Below, in pieces: positions 24,025-38,176 of a stretch of 64,000 nucleotides of DNA. The stretch lies in contig CM052816.1 in NCBI GenBank assembly GCA_028534125.1, positions 26,848,001 to 26,912,000 of the forward strand, written 5' to 3'. Source of the DNA: Lama glama (taxonomy: Eukaryota). The position numbers were made by a program, and so were the translations under genes. Under the pieces are notes generated by a model. That model did not search any database. It saw only the letters and a program-made list of their open reading frames with translations, and was not told the origin of the DNA. How positions within the stretch are numbered: the stretch's first letter is position 1; every line of letters starts with the position of its first letter.

Positions 24025-25671
24025 ATGATTTAAAGAAATGGAAAGATTATCCCATGCTCCTGGATTGGAAAAATTGATATTGTTAAAACAGCCATACTAC
24101 AAAGTAAACTACAGATTTAATGTGATCTATATCAAATTACCCAGGACATATTTCACAGAACTAGAACAAATCATAATCAAATTTATATGGAACCATCAAA
24201 GACCTAGAATTGCCAAAGCATTACTGAAAAGAAAGAGGCTGGAGGAATAACTCTCCCAGACTTCAGACAATACTATAGAGCTACAGTCATCAAGACAGCA
24301 TGGTATTAGTACAAAAACAGACCTATAGACCAATGGGACAGAATAGAGAGCCTAGAAATGAACCCACAAACTTTCGGTCAACTAATCTTTGACAAAGGAG
24401 GCAAGAATATACAATGGAATAAAGACAGTCTCTTCAGCAAATGGTGTTGGGAAAACTGGATAGCAGCATGTAACTCAATGAAGCTAGAACACTCCCTTAC
24501 ACCATACACAAAAATAAACTCAAAATGGATCAAAGACTTAAACACAAGACAAGATACAATAAACCTCCTAGAAGAAAATATAGGCAAAACATTATCTCAC
24601 ATACATCTCAAAAATTTTCTCCTAGAAGNNNNNNNNNNNNNNNNNNNNNNNNNNNNNNNNNNNNNNNNNNNNNNNNNNNNNNNNNNNNNNNNNNNNNNNN
24701 NNNNNNNNNNNNNNNNNNNNNNNNNNNNNNNNNNNNNNNNNNNNNNNNNNNNNNNNNNNNNNNNNNNNNNNNNNNNNNNNNNNNNNNNNNNNNNNNNNNN
24801 NNNNNNNNNNNNNNNNNNNNNNNNNNNNNNNNNNNNNNNNNNNNNNNNNNNNNNNNNNNNNNNNNNNNNNNNNNNNNNNNNNNNNNNNNNNNNNNNNNNN
24901 NNNNNNNNNNNNNNNNNNNNNNNNNNNNNNNNNNNNNNNNNNNNNNNNNNNNNNNNNNNNNNNNNNNNNNNNNNNNNNNNNNNNNNNNNNNNNNNNNNNN
25001 NNNNNNNNNNNNNNNNNNNNNNNNNNNNNNNNNNNNNNNNNNNNNNNNNNNNNNNNNNNNNNNNNNNNNNNNNNNNNNNNNNNNNNNNNNNNNNNNNNNN
25101 NNNNNNNNNNNNNNNNNNNNNNNNNNNNGAAACAGCCTAAATGTCCATCAACTGGTGACTGGATAAAGAAGATGTGGTATATTTATATAATGGACTACTA
25201 CTCAGTCATAAAAACCGACAACATAACGCCATTTGCAGCAACATGGATGCTCCTGGAGAATGTCATTCTAAGTGAAGTAAGCCAGAAAGAGAAAGAAAAA
25301 TACCATATGAGATTGCTCATATATGGAATTGAAAACAAACAAACAAACAAAAAAAACCACAAAGCATAAATACAGAACAGAAATAGACTCATAGACATAG
25401 AATACAGACCTGTGGTTGCCAAGGGGGTGGGGGGTGGGAAGAGATAGACTGGGATTTCAAAATTGTAGAATAGATAAACAAGATTATACTGTATAGCACA
25501 GGGAAATATATACAAGATCTTATGGTAGCTCACAGAGAAAGGAATGTGACAATCAATATATATATGTTCATGTATAAATGAAAAATTGTGCTCTACACTG
25601 GAATTTGACACAACATTGTAAAATGATTATAAATCAATAAAAAAATGTTAAAAAATAAAAATAAAAAAAAA
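24025..25671 (+). mobile_element. 5'-truncated, relatively young L1 (ORF2 3' part + 3'UTR + poly(A)) containing an assembly gap
   Basis: ORF2p-like [34 protein letters not shown]...[17 protein letters not shown]-rich 3'UTR motif and A-rich tail. Confidence 0.95.
24629..25128. other. Assembly gap (500 N)
   Basis: Run of N read directly. Confidence 0.99.
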
Positions 25672-25839
25672 TGCCCATCACAAGAAGAAAGTAAGCTATT
25701 AGAGATCATAGAATTCTCATCCTTCTTTCAAAACTCCCGAGTTTTAATAGTTCCTTAAACAATATATCTTTCACATATTTCACAATCCCAATATATGCTT
25801 GGTTTAAAATTGTTACACTGTAAAAAGGATGATGATATT

Positions 25840-26150
25840 TCTTTATCCAAGTATTTACTGAGCACTTACTATGTGCTAAGCCATGTTCAAGGTGTCTGAT
25901 GTCGATAAGTGAAGTAAAATGACAAAGAGCACTGTACCCATGAAATTTACATCCTAGTGGGGGAGACAGATAACAATAGATTTATTTTTTGAAAATAAGT
26001 AAATTATACAGTATGTTTTAGAAAGTGGTTACCTGGGCTGGGGGGAAAAATAGATCCAGGAAGAAGAAAGTGGGAGAGCTGGGGGAAAAGTTGCAATTTT
26101 AAATGCAACAGTCGAAATGGGCAGCATTGAGAAGATGGCAATTGTAGATG
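25840..26150 (-). mobile_element. L2 3' end
   Basis: caagtatttactgagcacttactatgtgctaagcc...catgaaatttacatcctagtgggggagacagataa. Confidence 0.7.
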
Positions 26151-27252
26151 ATGAAGTTGTATCACAGTAATAGCTTATTTATTGTTTATCTTAAATTTAA
26201 GTTAACCTACTTTAAAAATGCACTGATACATGACAGTTGAAAAACTAAGTTTATCTAATAAAAAATTTACAACTAAATTTCTGTATTTAACCAATTACTA
26301 TCTTTTCTAAATCTAAGTAACAGACACTCGTGCCAAAGAGTCTCCAAGAAGTCTGGAGTTTAACGAGGCCAGGCCTCACCATGTATCACTGTCATTCTTC
26401 ATGTAGAATCAGCATTTCTAAACCCATATATAAGGAGCTGCTAAAGAGGAAAAAAAAAAAGACATTCCAAGAGCTTCTCATATTGATCTCTTTTACCCCA
26501 AACAAGAGATTCTCCTGGTTACATGATATATCATAATCACTTAATTTGTCTGACTCCCTTAAAGAAAGAACAATAGATTCAAGAAAAGGTGTTGACTTGC
26601 AAAAATATAATCATAATCATTTTGCAAGTTTTATGTTGTTTGTATAGGTCATTTTCCCTTAGTAATATGACATATGTGGTCTCTATAGATAAACCAAAAA
26701 TATGTAGCTCTAATTCCTGCTGTTCCCAAGAGCCCAAGCTAAATCTAAAGCAGCCAACATCTGAAAACTCTAAAACTGCTCCCGAGGGCAGGAAGGATAT
26801 AGCTTTTCTCCAAGCCTCACTTCTAGGTTTAGTGTACTAGACACTCACAATTAAATCCCCTATATCACTTGGACGTGAGCCTTTTTTTCTTTCTCTCCAT
26901 AGTGTTTCTGCAGGGGCAGAGCCAGGGCGACTGTGCACCTCACGCCAGGCATTCCCCTACAGGACACAACACAGAGTTAAAAGAAACTCTGAGGAAGTCC
27001 TTTCCCAGACCAAAAGTTGGTTCACCAGATAGGGAACTAACACCTCCAGCCAAGATTGGTTCATTCCTTTCCCAAACATTTGCTCTGTAAGTGTCCAAGG
27101 ACTCTACTCCTCACCATGGCTTTGCCAAGGCTATCCCTCTACAAACTAAAATGTACAAGATCAGTGTAACATGGACACGCGAAAACACTTCCAGATGGGT
27201 GAGCTGCTTGGCCCCAGAGACAAGTAATACATCCAATTTAAATATAGTTGAA

Positions 27253-27371
27253 ATAAGAAAAAGAATATATGTATGTATATGCATGACTGGGACCTTGTGC
27301 TGTACACCAGAAATTGACACATTGTAACTGACTGTACTTCAATTAAAAATAAATAAAGAAATAAAAATAAA
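27253..27371 (+). mobile_element. Extremely truncated L1 3'UTR end with A-tail
   Basis: gcatgactgggaccttgtgctgtacaccagaaattgacacattgtaactgactgtacttcaat; nearly the same as the end of the 45520-46243 L1. Confidence 0.85.
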
Positions 27372-27386
27372 TAAGTACAGTTGAAT

Positions 27387-27526
27387 GGGGGGAGGGTATA
27401 GCTCAGTGGTAGAGCACGTGCTTAGCATGCAGGAAGTCCTGGGTTCAATCCCCAGTACCTCCATTGAATCAATCATCCAATCAATCAATCAATCAATCAT
27501 AATTACTCCCCCACCCAGAAAAGGAT
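27387..27526 (+). mobile_element. tRNA-Ala-derived SINE (vic-1-like), long form
   Basis: GGGGGGAGGGTATAGCTCAGTGGTAGAGCACGTGCTTAGCATGCAGGAAGTCCTGGGTTCAATCCCCAGTACCTCCA, then (AATC)n and TAATTACTCCCCC; flanked by AGTTGAAT. Confidence 0.92.
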
Positions 27527-30500
27527 AAAAGTAGTTGAATAGGAAAGAAGAGCTATATTCATTTTACTATGTAATTTTTCATGGGATATATTGCAAAAGT
27601 AAATTAATCTGAAAAGAGACATATGAAGAATAGAAATAGAACAAAAACATATAAGGATAATTATTTCCCAATATGTGAACATACAAGGATATGAATTATT
27701 TGTTCAACACAGTGGCACCAAATTGAAATTGAAATATGCCTTTTAAAAGTGAAAGAGTGTATTTATAATTATAAAAATGTAAACAACCTAGTATTTAGTA
27801 GAAAAATGATTAACAAATGATAGTACATTCATATTATGTCTCAGATTTATTAACAGGAAATGATATGGTTAATCTTGTTAAAACTTTTAAAAATAAGAGC
27901 AGGCTATATAGAGAATACAGTGTTTTCATGTTTAAGGAAATATATAATCATAAAAGCATATGTATGTACCCAAAAAGCTGACAGGGAAAACTCAAGTCCA
28001 CTCTAAGGTAGAGACCATGCCAGATGCACATATTCTGTGATTTGCTTTTATATACTGATCAGGGCAAACAAATGTTAAATCATTCACAAATAACTGCATG
28101 CTTACCCTACTGTTCAAAATCACTGTCTTCAGGATCGGATTCTATTCCGTTAGTTGTCTTACAGTATCTCTCTCTGACCAAACAGCAAATTCAGTTCTCA
28201 AGGCAGACAATCCTCCTCCTTACCCCTATCACTCTCCTCTGCTCCTCTACCCTGTGGCTGTGAAATCAGAGGGCTCTATCAAATGTAAGCTCCAGGTTAA
28301 TCTGAGCCAGACAGGGGTTTTCAAAAAGACTGAACCACACACCCTCTGCTCACTTCTCATGCCTTCTCAACCCACTGCTTCTTTTTCTTTTCCAAAATGC
28401 TCATCTCTCTTTCTTCCTCAGTCTGAAAGTGAATGCAGCAGAGCCTGTATGTAACTACCTGAGCACTCTAGTTTCAACATATTTCCTCTTGCCTTGGAGG
28501 GGCACAAACAACATCCCACTGCCAGGGGTTGTGAGCAAACACTTGCACTCACTCTCAGGAAGGGATGGATGGGGCCAACAGTTTGGTATTGAAAGGATTC
28601 AGCTAGGACATTTATGATAAAGTGACACATAAAATCAGATCCCTTTAAAGGCATTTTTCTAAAGTTGTCATAACTTTGTGCCTCCACAGTATGAGAAGGG
28701 TTCCCTGGGTCCTTAGTGTGAACTTTGTGGCCAGGCTGGTACTGGCGGGAGATGGTCCAGCAAGCTACTTGGCCCCTCTCCTGACTACTGTGCAAAAACA
28801 CACTGTCTGTCTGACACGTTAAGAAGAGGTATCAGTTTGTTTTGCTTTTAATTAGTTAACATCATTATATCTCATTTTAATTATCTTCCTAGTATCTGAA
28901 CAATCCTGGGTTAATCTACTGCTGGGATCTCTTTAATATGTTTTCTGAAATAAATATAACTAAAATGACTAATTTCTCTGGCCATGAAGTCAAAACACTG
29001 CACCCAACCCACAGAAGCAGGTCAAATGAAGCCCTCCACCATTTTCCTGTTCAGGTTTTTTTCTGAGAGCGAGGTATGACCCCCAAGTGAATTTTGTGCT
29101 TCTTTAATTCAGAGATACTCCTACTTCATTAATATAATTCATTTTTTACTTATTTATTAGTACCAAGGAGAAATTCCAGGCTTTAAAAGATTCAAATGAC
29201 TTGTATCTAAATCAGACCTGGACTCTCTCCTCTTCACATGCCAATTTACATGAAATCTCTTTGAGTTTCTCTGCTCCCATAAAATGCGGGTGCCACTGCC
29301 CATCAGGCCCAGGTTTGCCTCTTTGCACAAACAGTCCAAAACAGTTTTCCTGATCTGTTTCAACTTGAAGTGTTGTCAATATATGGATTGTCTTGCTTTC
29401 TAATTCAGTGAAAAATCTAGTTTTCCATTAGTCTCTGCCTTTCTAATTTTCGATACAGCTTTACTAAATGTAATTATTAAAGGCAGATTCAAGAAAGCAA
29501 TTACTGAGCTACTGGTTTGTATCTCTGAAGTCTTAATAAGCAGCAAAAAGTTGTAATTGCACTAAGAGTAAAAGATAAATTTTTCTATGGATTAGACATA
29601 TATATACCCTTGCATGTGTATATGGGGAGACATATGTAAAACAGTATGTAGAGCATGCTCTCTTAAAACACAAGTTTTAACCTGCATTTAAACTTTATTC
29701 AAAGGCAGTGCTGTATCTTGAACAGAGCAGGAAAAGACCTTTCAGAAAGGCCACATTCTGCGCTTTCCCCGGACTCTGTGACTGTGGTAAACCACTCAAG
29801 TCCCCTAGATCTCCTTTTCCCTCCATCTGTAAACATGTGAGAAGGTGAAACCAGATTGCCACCAAGCACCCTTTCAGCTCTAAAGGTCTACAAACTATTT
29901 ATTAAATTCCTAATCTCTGCTAGGCTCCATATTACACACAAGACAGAGCTTCCGAAGCTGAAAATTTAGTAAAGAAGAAAAATATCATTAATATTAATAA
30001 TATAATTAATATAAAGCAACATATAAAAGGGCTATTCCAATGATATAAACCAAATTGACTTACTAAAATATTCCAAAGGATAGCTGTACATATAAATGGA
30101 GGACACAACTTCTTTGAACATCATCTGAACTACATAATTCAGCTTTCTACCTATAGGCAAATCATGGAGCATTCATTATGTGGTCGCTTAACACTGGTCT
30201 AGGGCAAACAACAAAATCTGAATGGAGCCACTGTCTCCAAACCAAAATGCCTCTGAAACATTCAGTAGTCATGTAGCGATCACTCAAGATCCTCATCTCA
30301 GTCCTGCGATATTATTTAATAACTCATGGGAGGCACAAGGAGCAGGTTGCTGTCATTACTTTAAGGATAAGAAGACTGAGGATCAGAAAAGTAAACAACC
30401 TGAAAGAGACTCATACTAATCATCAGTCTATCTTCCAGAACACGATCATGGGCAGCCTTTCTGCAAAATTAACTCGTGAATAAGGCCATAACAGCCCTGT

Positions 30501-32280
30501 CCCTTGACTTTTCCACTCTCCAGAAAAATCTTCAATGCTCTTAAGAATGTCCCTCAGTTTGTCAGCACCATTCAAAATGGTGCTTATAACTGACCATAAA
30601 TCTACACCAACCACTCTAATTCTGTATTAGGAGAATTTAGTTGATAACTGAAGAGCTTACCTTCACAACTTCTAGAAATCTGTGCTAATGGACTTTGGAC
30701 AGGGTCCTTCTACCAAGGCCTTCAAATTTATGACCATCACTACCAACATCATTACGTGAGGGTACATCTGCAAACTCAAAACCACACTGCAGTGGTCCCT
30801 GCAAAATCTCCTTCATGAAAGTCTAACAACCAAGTTTGAAGACAGGGGAAAAAACAAAAATAGATACAAGCAAGCAAACAAATAACACTCTGATTCCTTT
30901 AATTCTAAGTTGAGAGCCAGTATACTAGGTTCTTAATGAATCACCCTTCAGTGTGGATGCCACATTTAAGAACATCACTGTCACATGAGATACAGTCTTT
31001 TCCATGGAGAAGCCAGGGCAGGACCAAAGAGATCTTTCCCTGTGGCATCTGAGGGGCAAGGAAAGATGTTTACCCAGGGGGAGCAGTCTTTAAGTATTTG
31101 CAGAGCAAACAAGGAAAAGGATCACAGTGAAGTTCTGTCCATCCCAATAACAAAATTAAGACCAGCTGGTAAATTTTTGTGTAGTTGAGAGCTGAGAAAA
31201 AAATCGTGACATCGAGTTTGCCAAGCAAGCATAACGAGCCCACATCCCAAAACACCCACCAGATAAGGCCCAACTGACAGTTTCCAGGCAGCGTATGTGA
31301 AGAGGGATTACTATTCAACCCATTTTCTGGTCAGAGACTGTATTTTGGGAAAACAGACTACGTGCCACCGAGATATAAAAAGCCCCTTGCTTTCAAGTGA
31401 GTCAGTAAGGCCAGGGGTGTCATTCAGCCAGAGAAATATCTAACATAAAATCTGAGATGCAGAATGTTACAGATAAAGACCCCAGATCTACTTATTCAGA
31501 GAAAAGCATTTTACAAGGAAGCACCAAGATCGAGACTCAGAGTAAAAGCCTCTAAAACACAAAAGCGCAAATAAATAATTATAAACACAGAATCTGAAAG
31601 AGTCACTTTAAAGAATTAAGAGAAGTGGGTAAACATTCAACTTCTAGCTTTAAAACACCAAGAGAACAAAGTCTGGCTCTGGTGATGAACCTTAAGAAGG
31701 GGCACAGAGAATGCCCCAGAAGGATCCAACTCCACAGATCAGCTGGAAAGAAAGCAGAGAGCCAGCTCACCCTGCAAACACAGTGACGAGCATATTTGCC
31801 TCATGCAATCAGAATGAACAAGTCACGTGTGTGGACACAGATGACTACTAAAGAAACCAAAACCAGATACAGTGGAAAATGCTGTGAGTTTTGTCTTAAT
31901 TCTGATACACGGTTGCCACGCTATCCTGGATAAGTCATTTACTCTCACTTCTGGCTCCAGTTACTTTATCCATCTATTTAGTAAAATGTACTGATCACTT
32001 CTCTGTGTAAACATGTGTTAGGTGCTTGGAATACAGTGAACTAACAGCACAATGCACAGTCTTACAAATGCTCTAAGGGAAAGGACAGACTACTGAGAGC
32101 ATGGAACAAGATAGCCCAGTCAGGGCTAAGTCCCAGAGAAAGTGATGCAGAAACTGAGACCTGACGTCTAAGGGGAGGTGAGGATGGAGGTGGACGAGGC
32201 CAAGGAGAAGGTTAGTTTAAGTAAAGCAATGGATTGTGAGACTGGAGCTCAGGGGGAAGGAAGGGTCAAGAATAGCTCTT

Positions 32281-33023
32281 AGGAATGTAATTTGGTGCAG
32301 CCACCACAGAAAACAGTATGGAGATTTCTTAAAACCTAAAAATAGACTTACGATATGATCCAGCAATCCCACTCCTGGGCATATATCTGGAGAAAACTCT
32401 AATTTGAAAAGATACATGCACCCCAGTGTTCATAGCAATACTACAATAGCTAAGACATGGAGACAACTTAAATGTCCATCGACAGATGATTGGCTAAAGA
32501 AAATGTGAGAGATATAAATATAAATATATATATATATTTTTATATATATATCCATTATATATATCATAAATTTATACATATCACATATATATCATGTGAT
32601 ATATATTCCATTCCATACACATACACACACGATAGAATATTATGATGCAGTCATAAAAACAATGAAATTGTGCCATTCGTAGCAATATGGATGGACTTGG
32701 AGGGCACTGTGCTAAGTGAAATAAGTCAGACAAAATATGTATGATATCATTTGTATATGGAGTCTGAAAAACACAACAAACTAGTGATTATAAGAAAAAA
32801 GAAGCAGACTCACAGGTATAGAGAACAAACTAGTGGTAACCAGTTGCAGGGGGCAATATAGGAGTGGGTGGCTGGAGGAACAAATTATTGGGGGTAAGAC
32901 AGGCTACAAGGATGTACTGCACAATGAAGGGAACATAGGCCATATTTTATAATAACTTTAAATGGGGTGTAAGCTTTAAAAATTGTATACAAAATTTTTA
33001 AAAGAGAAAAAAATAAAGAAAAA
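32281..33023 (+). mobile_element. L1 3' fragment with an internal (TA)n-rich tract
   Basis: atatgatccagcaatcccactcctgggcatatatct...aaatgtccatcgacagatga (ORF2 end), then a 3'UTR of the type also seen at 58250-58603. Confidence 0.9.
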
Positions 33024-34754
33024 GTGGGTGTGGGGATGTGAGGGCAAGTGAGGGAAGAGGTGAGGAGCTACTATAAACGCTGGCCAAAGGAGAATGCAAA
33101 AGCAGAAGACATCCTCACAGCCCCATCAGTGGTGGACCAAGAGTAAAGTCAGCTGCCCTCTTAGCTGAAACAAAAAAGAGAAAAAAGTCAATGGACACAG
33201 AAATATCCCACTGAGATAAGAGAATTTTTTAAGAGAAGTAGAACCATTTCACTTGTCCTAAAAAGGATTCCTTTGAGGTTCCCAGATTGACTCTACATGA
33301 TAAGCATGTGATGATACAGATCCAAGTGAAGACTGGTCATGATATGCAAGCTCCAGGTTAGTGTTCATCAGGATAAAATGATGCATTCCATTTATGACTG
33401 GGATTCCACGTACAGTCATCAACTTTGGGTTCCAGTCAAAACACTGTAAGGATTAGGCTGGTGACAGGTTCTGAGGTGTAAGAAGGAAGGACCAGTCAAG
33501 GGCCTGGTTCCTACTCAGCACACAGTTGGGAGAGGAGGACAAGGGCCCATGTATGTGAAGCATATTCCTGCTCTTGGGAAGTGCTGAGGACAGAGAAGGT
33601 ACTTAAAGCCAGTCTTAGGAAAGTGAATGGGTAGGAAACAGACTGATGACATCCAAAGCAGAGTCTTCCCTGTGTCCATCAGCAGCACCCCCCCGCCACT
33701 GCCCACCACCTCAATCTGATCGTCAGGAACCACCCAGTCTGTCTCCATCCTCAGTGGAGCCACCCCCTGACCTAAAATCCTTCTTACCCTACTCCCTCTC
33801 TCATTCACTCACTCATTCATCAGGACTTGTCTTCCTTCAGGCTGGGTCTTGGGGAATCAGTGGGGATGGCCTTAATTTTGAGTCCCTCTCAATATTCTTA
33901 CAACCCTGGTCCTGAAATGAAGAGGAAAAGAACTTCAAAAGTAAAAGTGAAAACGAAAGAAAGTAGAGATGTGGTGGTCATGAACAGAGTCTGGGCTGTA
34001 GCCCAGGAGATTAGCCCAGGAGAGGGAAGATCTCAAGACACCCATGCCCACTCAAATTCTGAACAATCACTGTGGTAAGATTAAAGTTCTGACGCAACTT
34101 TGTTCCAGTGGATTCTTTTAATTAAATTTCCCTTTGTCAAAGTAAACTTTATCTTTGATGATTTTAACTCCCCAATCTTCTCCCTTTACAGTTGTTACTC
34201 CTAATAGTGAAGTGATGGTTCACTATTTATAGAATAAACTGATATCTTTCTGCCTTGAACCTACAAACTCTCAGTTCACTCTGGCCTCAAAGCTGCATTC
34301 CTTGTTAGTGAAAAGCATGCACTGAGAAAGAACTATTTCATTACTAGTCTGCAAAAGATAACCACACCAGTGTGATGTAATCCAGTCATTACTACAGAGC
34401 CTGCCTCTTAAAAGAAGCCATTCCTTCATCAAGTCCTTTTAAGCACTTTTGTGGATCAGGGTCTGAGCTGGAGTACAGTGGGCAGCATAAGAGAACTGGT
34501 CTCTCCTCCACGGAACTCGGAAAAGAGCTAAAGATGAACTCATCATCAGCACAGGATTATGACTGAAATAGAAGCTGGAAGGAAATGTAAATGGTTCAAA
34601 AGTCATCTTAACAGGGAACAGACAGCCCAGAGATTTCACACTGTCCTCCACTCTTGAAGACACAGACAGGTAAAGGCAACTGTCCTCCCGGTCTACACAC
34701 ACTTGTGCTGTTTACAGCTCTCTCCACTCTCATACCCAGGCCCTGGACTTATCT

Positions 34755-34955
34755 CTGGAGACCAAAAATCCGGGTTTGAACTCCAGCTTTACTGGATGTG
34801 TGTCTACAGTAAGTTATTTAAACTCACTGGGCATCAGCTTTTTCATCTGTTAACCAGAGATGATAATACTTTCTGTGTGAGGTTTTAAATAAATTAATAT
34901 TTATAAAGTGCACAGTATGGTGTTCAACATACAGTAAGCACTCGACAAATAACAG
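34755..34955 (+). mobile_element. MIR SINE
   Basis: gggtttgaactccagc...aagttatttaaactcactgggcatcagctttttcatctgt...catacagtaagcactcgacaaat. Confidence 0.7.
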
Positions 34956-37294
34956 TTTTCTTTTAATTTTCATGACCTAACTGTCCCTAAATCCTAGTCA
35001 ATGCTATTAAAATTATTTGAACGAGTATTTAATATATCTGAATGCTTTTTTCTAGTTTTGGCAATCCAGAATCTAACCAGCTTGCTCTTGGAATATGTCC
35101 TTTGGTTAATATAACTACTGTATTTCTTTTTGAGCATTTAAGACAACTTTGTACATGAAATAAAGAAATGCCTTTTTATAACTCAATATTTTGAATAGGT
35201 AATACATTCATATGGTTTAAAAAGTTAAAAAAAATATGAGAACATATACAATGAAGCCTCCCTTGAAATTCTGGCACTCTCTTTTCAGCGCACACCCTGC
35301 ACTCCACCTTGGATGCTGTGAACAGATCCTTTCAGCCTTTCTATGTGCACATCTGAACTCAGTCAGCCTTATGTGCTTTTCTTCTACATAAAAGGCAGCA
35401 CACCACACCCTGTTCTATGTCTTGCTTTTTCACTTAGCAATGGACCCTGGCAATCTTCCCAAGTGAGGATACAAAGCCTGTCCTTTTCCTCCTTTTATCA
35501 CTACATAGTATTCAGTTGCATGGAGACTGTTGTAATAAATGTCCTTTTGGCCACATCTCTTTCTGGGCTGACACAAACTTTCCTAATTGTAGTTTTGGCA
35601 GCGGGTGATGGAGAAAATGGTTAGAAAGACCACATTTTCATTTACCTAAACTGTTCTCGGTCAAAAATGAATGGCAACTAATAATTTTTGGTGTATTTTA
35701 CACAAACAGTTTACGCGATCACTATGCTACAGTTCACAATAATCATTTTTCCCTTAAATTATTTTAAAACATCTGTTCTGTATTTTACACGTACCAGGAT
35801 CGTTTTCCTCTGTGTTTACATGGGGAAAGGGCTGGCGGCTACAGTATCCAATCAGTTACCCCGAGGAGATGTCAGCTGTCAACCATGTCTTCTGCAGTGA
35901 TTTCCCTCTTCTCTCTTCTTTCACACTCTGGGTGAGCTGTCAGGTTTCTAGTTTCTGACGTGCATTTACATCACTCAATGACATCTGACAGCAGTGAAAG
36001 GCCACAGAAAACTGCTTATTGATCAGAGCAAAACTAGTTGACGGAACAGATGAGGTTGTATCACAGAAATGCAGCCACATTCAGGTGATGACATTTTGCT
36101 CCCCGTACACAAGAGCTTAATGGAATACAACTTCATTATATCATGCCACTTGTGCTTACAGCACCAAACCCATCTCCTGACTGTTTTGTCTGTGTGGTGA
36201 TGAGGACCATCTATTTGTGCTGGTATCAATGTATTATCAACCTGATTTGTTCATGGACACTTGCAAACTGCTTGTGAATCTGTCCTGACAAATACACCAG
36301 AGACACTGAAATCTCAATCTTACTAAAATCTAATTGTGCTGTCCTTTAACAAAAGAAAAACAGAATTGCCACTTAGTGAGCCCTAACTATGCAGTTTAAA
36401 ACTTTTGTATCACTGGGTAAAGAAATTTAAATGAGCATTCCTTTGATTCTTATGACACTGTCAGGAAAACAGAACAGAACAAAATGATAACTTGAGATAC
36501 ATTCAAAATTTACTTATCAATGGGAAAACCTAGTTTTTTCTAAGACCTAAAATACCAGATTAAGGCCCTTTAATGCAAACTGTTCCTTTTGCTGTTAAAG
36601 ATAACAGTTTAAGGCAAGGACTTCCCACGTCCATGGCCAATGCAGGCAGACAGATGGCTATGAAGTTATAAATCAGTACATGTCTGAAAGAAGGATCATT
36701 AAGCCAAAGAGCCTCCAAACATTTTGCCACATACAAGAAAGGAAAAGGCAGCAATTGGGACAGAATCACTAGCCTGCCCGGACTCCCAGATGGAAAAATG
36801 CTAAAACTTGACCCTGTGGGTTGTCTGGCTTTCATCTCTCTTGAATTCCTCCCTCAAGGCGGGAATGTTCTCCCAAATTACGCATTCCCACAGCACCTTC
36901 ACAACCTGGCCACATCTGCATCCTATCTGGACTTAGTATTTTTCCTTAAATAGCATTTTTACTTCAATAAATGTTAAAGAGAACTTTAAGGTGAGTATGA
37001 AAAGAAACACTTGTTTTAAAATCATGTTTCCTGCTGAAGGTTGTGAGCCTGAAGGCTGCTCTCTAGTCCTTAGAAAGAGAGATTGGCAAAGTAAAGCCAA
37101 GTTAAAGGTTTTGGAAACATTTTAGCGGGGTGGGGGAAATGGTGTAGGATGAAAAGATCAGTGAAAGGGACTAACTTTGTGAATTATTCCTTTGTGAATA
37201 ACTGCTATTGAAGGTGTGGGCACCACTGAAGTCATGTCTGGTAGCACTGGGGGCCTGGATCTGAACCCAGGGAACACAGGCACAGTGCACTGAA

Positions 37295-37530
37295 TGAGCA
37301 GGAGCGGGAGACTGAGGCCGAGTTCGAATCCCCTCCCTCCTGCTCACTGTATGGGCCCCAACAAATCAGTTAATCTCTGAGCCTCACTTTCCTCTCACCT
37401 ATAAAAGGAGATACTGTGTACATATAAACCTTAAAAATGCACTCTGAGGAGTAAGTGAGAGCATGTGCACATCAACTAGTTAGTATACTATGTGACACTC
37501 AGAGGATGGTTAAAAATGTTATTAATTATT
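37295..37530 (+). mobile_element. MIR SINE
   Basis: gagttcgaatccc B-box, aatcagttaatctctgagcctcactttcctc core. Confidence 0.65.
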
Positions 37531-38176
37531 GCTTCCTACCTCCTTACATACACTTTCAGTTTTTTAAAGAAATTAAAAGTCAGAGAACAGAAGAAACTCA
37601 AGGCAGAGGGTACATGAAGAAAAGAAAAAAATGAAGAAAAAGGGAAAGAAAAACACATGGATTAACTAGGAAAACAACGGAGTCTGAAAAAGAAGATGGT
37701 TTTCAAACTCACTTCTGTGGCTTACTTGCCGGCAAAGCTCTCCCTCTGCACCTCGCCTGGGTTGTGTTTCCTTCTTTCTGGCAAAAACCACTGCTCTCCT
37801 CTGAGCTCCTGTAACACTTTGCTCAAGCCCTGAAGCCTGCTTGAGGGTGGGCCTCCCCCTCAGACCTGGGGCTCTATGAAGACAGAGGCAGCATCCCCTG
37901 CCCCCTCATCCAGCAGAGCACCCTGCCGCACACACTGGGTGGAGTGGGTGCACTGACTGCTCACAGACCACTCTCCCTTCCAAAGGCCCTGCCAGTGCTG
38001 CCCAGGCCTCGTGGGGGAGGTTTATGTAGGTCTGAATGAGGGCTTTTCTGGCAAACCTGACTTTTTACTTCAAGCACCAGCTTGCGTAATGAAAAATATG
38101 TAACACAAAAGCAGAAAGGTAGTAAGTGTCTTTACTTCAAACACGTCAGGGGTTTCAAGAAATACTGTGAATTTTA

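Noticed and set aside
24358..25166. The longest ORFs (260 and 213 aa)
   Set aside because: They are inflated by 500 N; the real part is a disrupted L1 ORF2 remnant.
27387..27464. Possible functional tRNA-Ala(AGC) genes here and at 38177, 15780 and 2820
   Set aside because: Extra 5' G-rich bases, stem mismatches and A-rich tails in all four, and TSDs on three, identify them as SINEs or retrocopies.
33259..33447. ~60-codon open frame on the minus strand after a plausible acceptor (CCTAATCCTTACAG)
   Set aside because: The peptide resembles nothing I recognise, I found no convincing donor, and such frames occur by chance.
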